Assembly (NCBI GenBank): GCA_963664405.1
Contig: OY761158.1
Coordinates: 4,768,001-4,832,000, forward strand
From: Thermoanaerobaculia bacterium
GTDB lineage: Bacteria > Acidobacteriota > Thermoanaerobaculia > Multivoradales > Multivoraceae
Direction: 5' to 3'
Length of the DNA: 64,000 nt
The notes beneath the pieces are model-generated. The model saw only the letters and a program-made list of their open reading frames with translations. It was not told the origin of the DNA and searched no databases. Position 1 is the first letter of the stretch. Every line of letters begins with the position of its first letter. Positions 60,926 to 64,000 of the stretch are shown here, piece by piece. Position numbers and translations under genes: made by a program.

Positions 60926-61474
60926 CACGCCGCCGGGACCACGCACCCGGACCGCCGTTCCGGCGGGATGATGCCGACCTCCTGAAGAAGGGCTAGCTCT
61001 CCCGCGGTCGCGAAGCCCTCAGCTCACTCCATCCCGGAAACTGCGCTCGCAGCCAACGGGATGCGCTTTCTCGCAGCCATCAACAAGGGCCAAGGGGCAG
61101 AGCCGGTGGTGCTGGTGACCGACAAGCCAAGGAGCGATGGCGCGGCGCACCGAACGACCATGCCTTCGGTTCGGCACGACACGACGCATTACGCGAACAA
61201 CCGAGCCGAGGTCTCGCACCAGTGCACTCGACAGCGAGAGCGGCAGATGCGTAGATTCAAGTCACCAGGCCAAGCACAACGCTTCCTCTCAGCCCGCGGA
61301 GCGATCCAGAACCTCTTCCGGGTTGGCCGGCACCTCGTGAGCTCTGCCAACCACCGCACGTTGCGCGATCGTTCCTTCGTTGTCTGGCGGCAGGTGACGT
61401 GTGTCTGCTGAATCCGAGACGAGCAGTCCTCAAAAGGCCCCATCTCGCTCCTGCCGGAACAAGTTGACAACACC

Positions 61475-61610
61475 TTCTGGACGATTCTCCGGCGCCGATG
61501 GAGTCATTGGGCGCACGCGCTCGTGATCGTGCAGCCCGAGACCGTCGTCCGCTGGCACCGGCAGGGATTCAGGTTGTACTGGCGGTGGAAGAGCCGAAAT
61601 GGGAGTGGTG
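61475..61610 (+). pseudogene. Fragment of an integrase-core (IS3/IS481-like) transposase
   Basis: FWTILRRRWSHWAHALVIVQPETVVRWHRQGFRLYWRWKSR. Confidence 0.7.
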
Positions 61611-61994
61611 GACAACCGAGCCAGTCCGAGGCGCTATGGTGATTGGGTGGCGATTCGCTGGTATCGTAGCGATCTACTTGTGAATTGCGGTTGCCGATAC
61701 TTGAGAGTGGTTCTGGCTGGCACTTTTCTGACAGTTGCGTAATCTGCCCCAGCGGATGGCAATGCGTCTCAAAGAGGATCTCACCAGCGAGTGTCGACGA
61801 TGAAGAGACCGAGGTGGGGGATGGAGCGAGCCGTCTACCGGGCATGGCGAGCGGTTGAACTGGCGTTACGTGACCGAAGTGGCTCGGCACAACGGGAGAG
61901 GAGTCGCAGATGGGGACTGCCACCGGAACTTTGGGATAGGGTTTCTCGCCCCTCGCGAGAGACGCAATGATTGAGCAGCTGTGAGACACCACCG

Positions 61995-64000
61995 ATGACG
62001 GACAACTCGCAGCATGGGCCTTCAGGGTTCGCAGGACTGTTCCTTGCCAAACTTCCCATCGATGGGTCGGCCCTTGGAAATTCGACCCTCCGGAAAGAGC
62101 TGCGCTGGCCTGAGTCACGCTATTGGGAAATCCGCGATGACCTGCTTCGCCAAGGCCTAATCCAGAGAGGCCGCGGCCGCGGTGGAAGCGTGAGACTCTC
62201 GAGCGCCAGACCACCGAATCTCAGTGAAGTCACCACGATCAAACAACCCGGGTTATCCATCGTGGGCGCTCTTTCGACCTACCCGGACGCCGCCTTGGAT
62301 CGCCTGGCGCGGGACAAGGTCGACGAAGTCTCAAATCTTCGTTTCCCGCGGGAGGTGTTGATTCGTGAGATCGCCACGGCACTTTCCTCGCTGAGCTACG
62401 TAGCGAAGGTCTTGGCACCATCTCGACCGCCGACGTATGCCTGCCTGAAGCTATTGATGGACGCATCTGAACTACAACTTCCGGTGAACGGTTTTAGGCG
62501 CCTTGTCCTCGCCGAGACGGATGCGCTGACCAAGCGGGCCGACGACGAAAAGGCGCTACCGGCCAACAAGAGCTACCAACTCTATCGGCGAATGCTCTTC
62601 GCGGCCTGGGAGGACGATGGTCGGGTTGATCGAAGCGAAGCTTTGCTCCTCGCAGCTCTTAGAACAGAACTCGGCATCTGGACTCGTGAGCACCTATTGC
62701 TAGAGCATCATTCCGACGTGAGGCCGATCTGGGACTCTCCAACTTGTTACGAAGAAGCTCTGAAACTTCTTCTGTCCACCGGTCTAATAGTCATCCACGA
62801 AGACTTCTACGCGTTGCCCCAGGAGGTTGGCTCCCAGATCAGGAGAGTTTGGGGCATCGATCTCGAGGACTCTGCCTATGAAGCGCTATTGCTTAACCTG
62901 AGAGGCCGACACCTGCGTCGCGCACTTGAAGCAGCGAAACTCCCATTGTCAGGTTCAAAGGAGGAACGAGCAGAACGACTGATTCAATCTCTCGTTCCAC
63001 CCGCGGAAGTGCTTGAGACACTCCACATCCTTGAGCTCAAGCAGCTTTGTCGAGACCTTTCATTACCATCGAGCGGCCTCAAGAAGGATCTGATCAGCAG
63101 CGTCATTGACTATTTCGACACCGGATTGCATCTGGCGCAAATCACGGGAGTTCCCGATCCTCGCCCCGTGCTTCCGGCCGAGCCCGAGCCGAGGGTACTC
63201 AACCACTCACAGCTGACGTTGCTGCTTGAGCAGCTGAGAGGCGATCTTCTCTACGATCTCCTAGCAGCTCATCGACTTCGCAGAAGTGGGCCGAAGGCGG
63301 AGCGAATCGAGCGCCTTGTGAGATGCCCCCTGTCGGAGCGAACGCTTCTGTCGGATTTGAGGCGTACTGACCTGACTGAGCTTTGCAAAAAACTCCGCAT
63401 CGCGATCTCTGGCGTCAAGGAGGAGATCGTGGATAGGCTAATCAACTGGGCGTCGTTCATGTCACAGCAGCCGGTGGTCGCTCTGGCCGAGCGCGGCGGC
63501 GAGACCGAGGCCGCTACACCAGCCGGTCCCCCAGCGAATCACGTTGCACCACCAAGCGAGAGCGGACATAGGGTTATGGAGCGATCGCAGGAAGAGAGAG
63601 CAGCCGCCCCCGCCGGGCTCAGTGAAATCAGAGAACGCTTTGGCGAGCTGGAGGATGATCAGCAAGTGATCCTCGCTTTGCTGAGAGAGGCGAAGTCTCT
63701 AACCGAGCTGGAGATCGAGCGGGCGGCCCATAACCACGGTCTGAGCTGGTTCTTGACCAAGGCCCACATGGCCGATCTACTGGCCCAGCTCCGACAACAA
63801 GGCAAGAACGTTCTCCGTGTGAGAGGTACTGGCAGCGCGAATGTCTACGAGTGGTCAAGGGCCGCAGACGACCATGAGAATGGCCTCGAGCGGTCTGCTG
63901 CACGCGACGTGATCGATGCATTGAGGCAAGGAGTTGTTCCGCAGCGTCACCTAGATCTCTTAGCCGTAGGCCAAGATGAAGCACGCAGCCATTTGACCGA
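61995..64000 (+). CDS. Multidomain putative defence protein: wHTH - TerB-like - 4x SAP-like - wHTH - BrxD/DUF2791-like ATPase N-terminus (runs off window)
   Basis: Manual translation, open to the edge: LPIDGSALGNSTLRKELRW..GLIQRGRGRGGSV; AAWEDDGRVDRSEALLLAALRTELGI; four LxxxxLxxxxxxxxLxxSGxKxxxxxRL-type repeats; ARDVIDALRQGVVPQRHLDLLAVGQD. Confidence 0.8.
   Translation, partial: MTDNSQHGPSGFAGLFLAKLPIDGSALGNSTLRKELRWPESRYWEIRDDLLRQGLIQRGRGRGGSVRLSSARPPNLSEVTTIKQPGLSIVGALSTYPDAALDRLARDKVDEVSNLRFPREVLIREIATALSSLSYVAKVLAPSRPPTYACLKLLMDASELQLPVNGFRRLVLAETDALTKRADDEKALPANKSYQLYRRMLFAAWEDDGRVDRSEALLLAALRTELGIWTREHLLLEHHSDVRPIWDSPTCYEEALKLLLSTGLIVIHEDFYALPQEVGSQIRRVWGIDLEDSAYEALLLNLRGRHLRRALEAAKLPLSGSKEERAERLIQSLVPPAEVLETLHILELKQLCRDLSLPSSGLKKDLISSVIDYFDTGLHLAQITGVPDPRPVLPAEPEPRVLNHSQLTLLLEQLRGDLLYDLLAAHRLRRSGPKAERIERLVRCPLSERTLLSDLRRTDLTELCKKLRIAISGVKEEIVDRLINWASFMSQQPVVALAERGGETEAATPAGPPANHVAPPSESGHRVMERSQEERAAAPAGLSEIRERFGELEDDQQVILALLREAKSLTELEIERAAHNHGLSWFLTKAHMADLLAQLRQQGKNVLRVRGTGSANVYEWSRAADDHENGLERSAARDVIDALRQGVVPQRHLDLLAVGQDEARSHLT

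Larger units (their letters stand above)
59419..61474 (+). mobile_element. Disrupted IS6-family element carrying nested intron and IS21 remnants
   Basis: IRs GGCACTGTCAAGT / AAGTTGACAACACC; N-terminus YRFPTEIISHAVWLYYRF; C-terminus 61061-61411 with NNRAEVSH, RERQMRRFKSPGQAQRFLS. Confidence 0.85.

Noticed and set aside
61995-64000. Calling a complete BREX system
   Set aside because: No pglZ, pglX or brxC in the window; only the first ~35 residues of a BrxD-like domain are visible

Overview
GC-rich bacterial window. The gene content (ADOP-type permease, Hanks-type Ser/Thr kinases, DUF3604, DUF1800/DUF1501, sulfatase) suggests an Acidobacteriota/Planctomycetota-like organism; this is inference. 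There are three zones. (1) 1-7.1 kb is a minus-strand surface-polysaccharide locus with two GT4 glycosyltransferases, a priming sugar transferase and a tandem-duplicated unknown protein, interrupted by an ISAzo13 element with a probable -1 frameshift. (2) 7.1-43.5 kb is a decaying mosaic of catabolic and secreted enzymes, many cleanly truncated gene fragments, palindromic MITE/REP-like elements and nine toxin-antitoxin loci or remnants. Seven toxins are broken or deleted, five of them beside an intact antitoxin; only two VapBC pairs look intact. (3) 43.7-64 kb looks like a defence island. It holds a translationally coupled SNF2 helicase + Mre11/SbcD-like nuclease + hook-less Rad50/SMC-like ATPase operon, and a ~1700-aa Upf1-like helicase/Vsr-like nuclease gene broken by a frameshift and nested IS insertions. 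It also holds two IS6 relics that both carry a group II intron-like 5' end at the same site, and an edge-truncated ORF missing from the ORF track with the architecture wHTH - TerB-like - 4x SAP-like - wHTH - BrxD/DUF2791-like ATPase. No rRNA, tRNA or CRISPR array was seen. All family calls come from motif recognition by eye, with no database search. Some frameshifts lie in homopolymers and could be sequencing errors.
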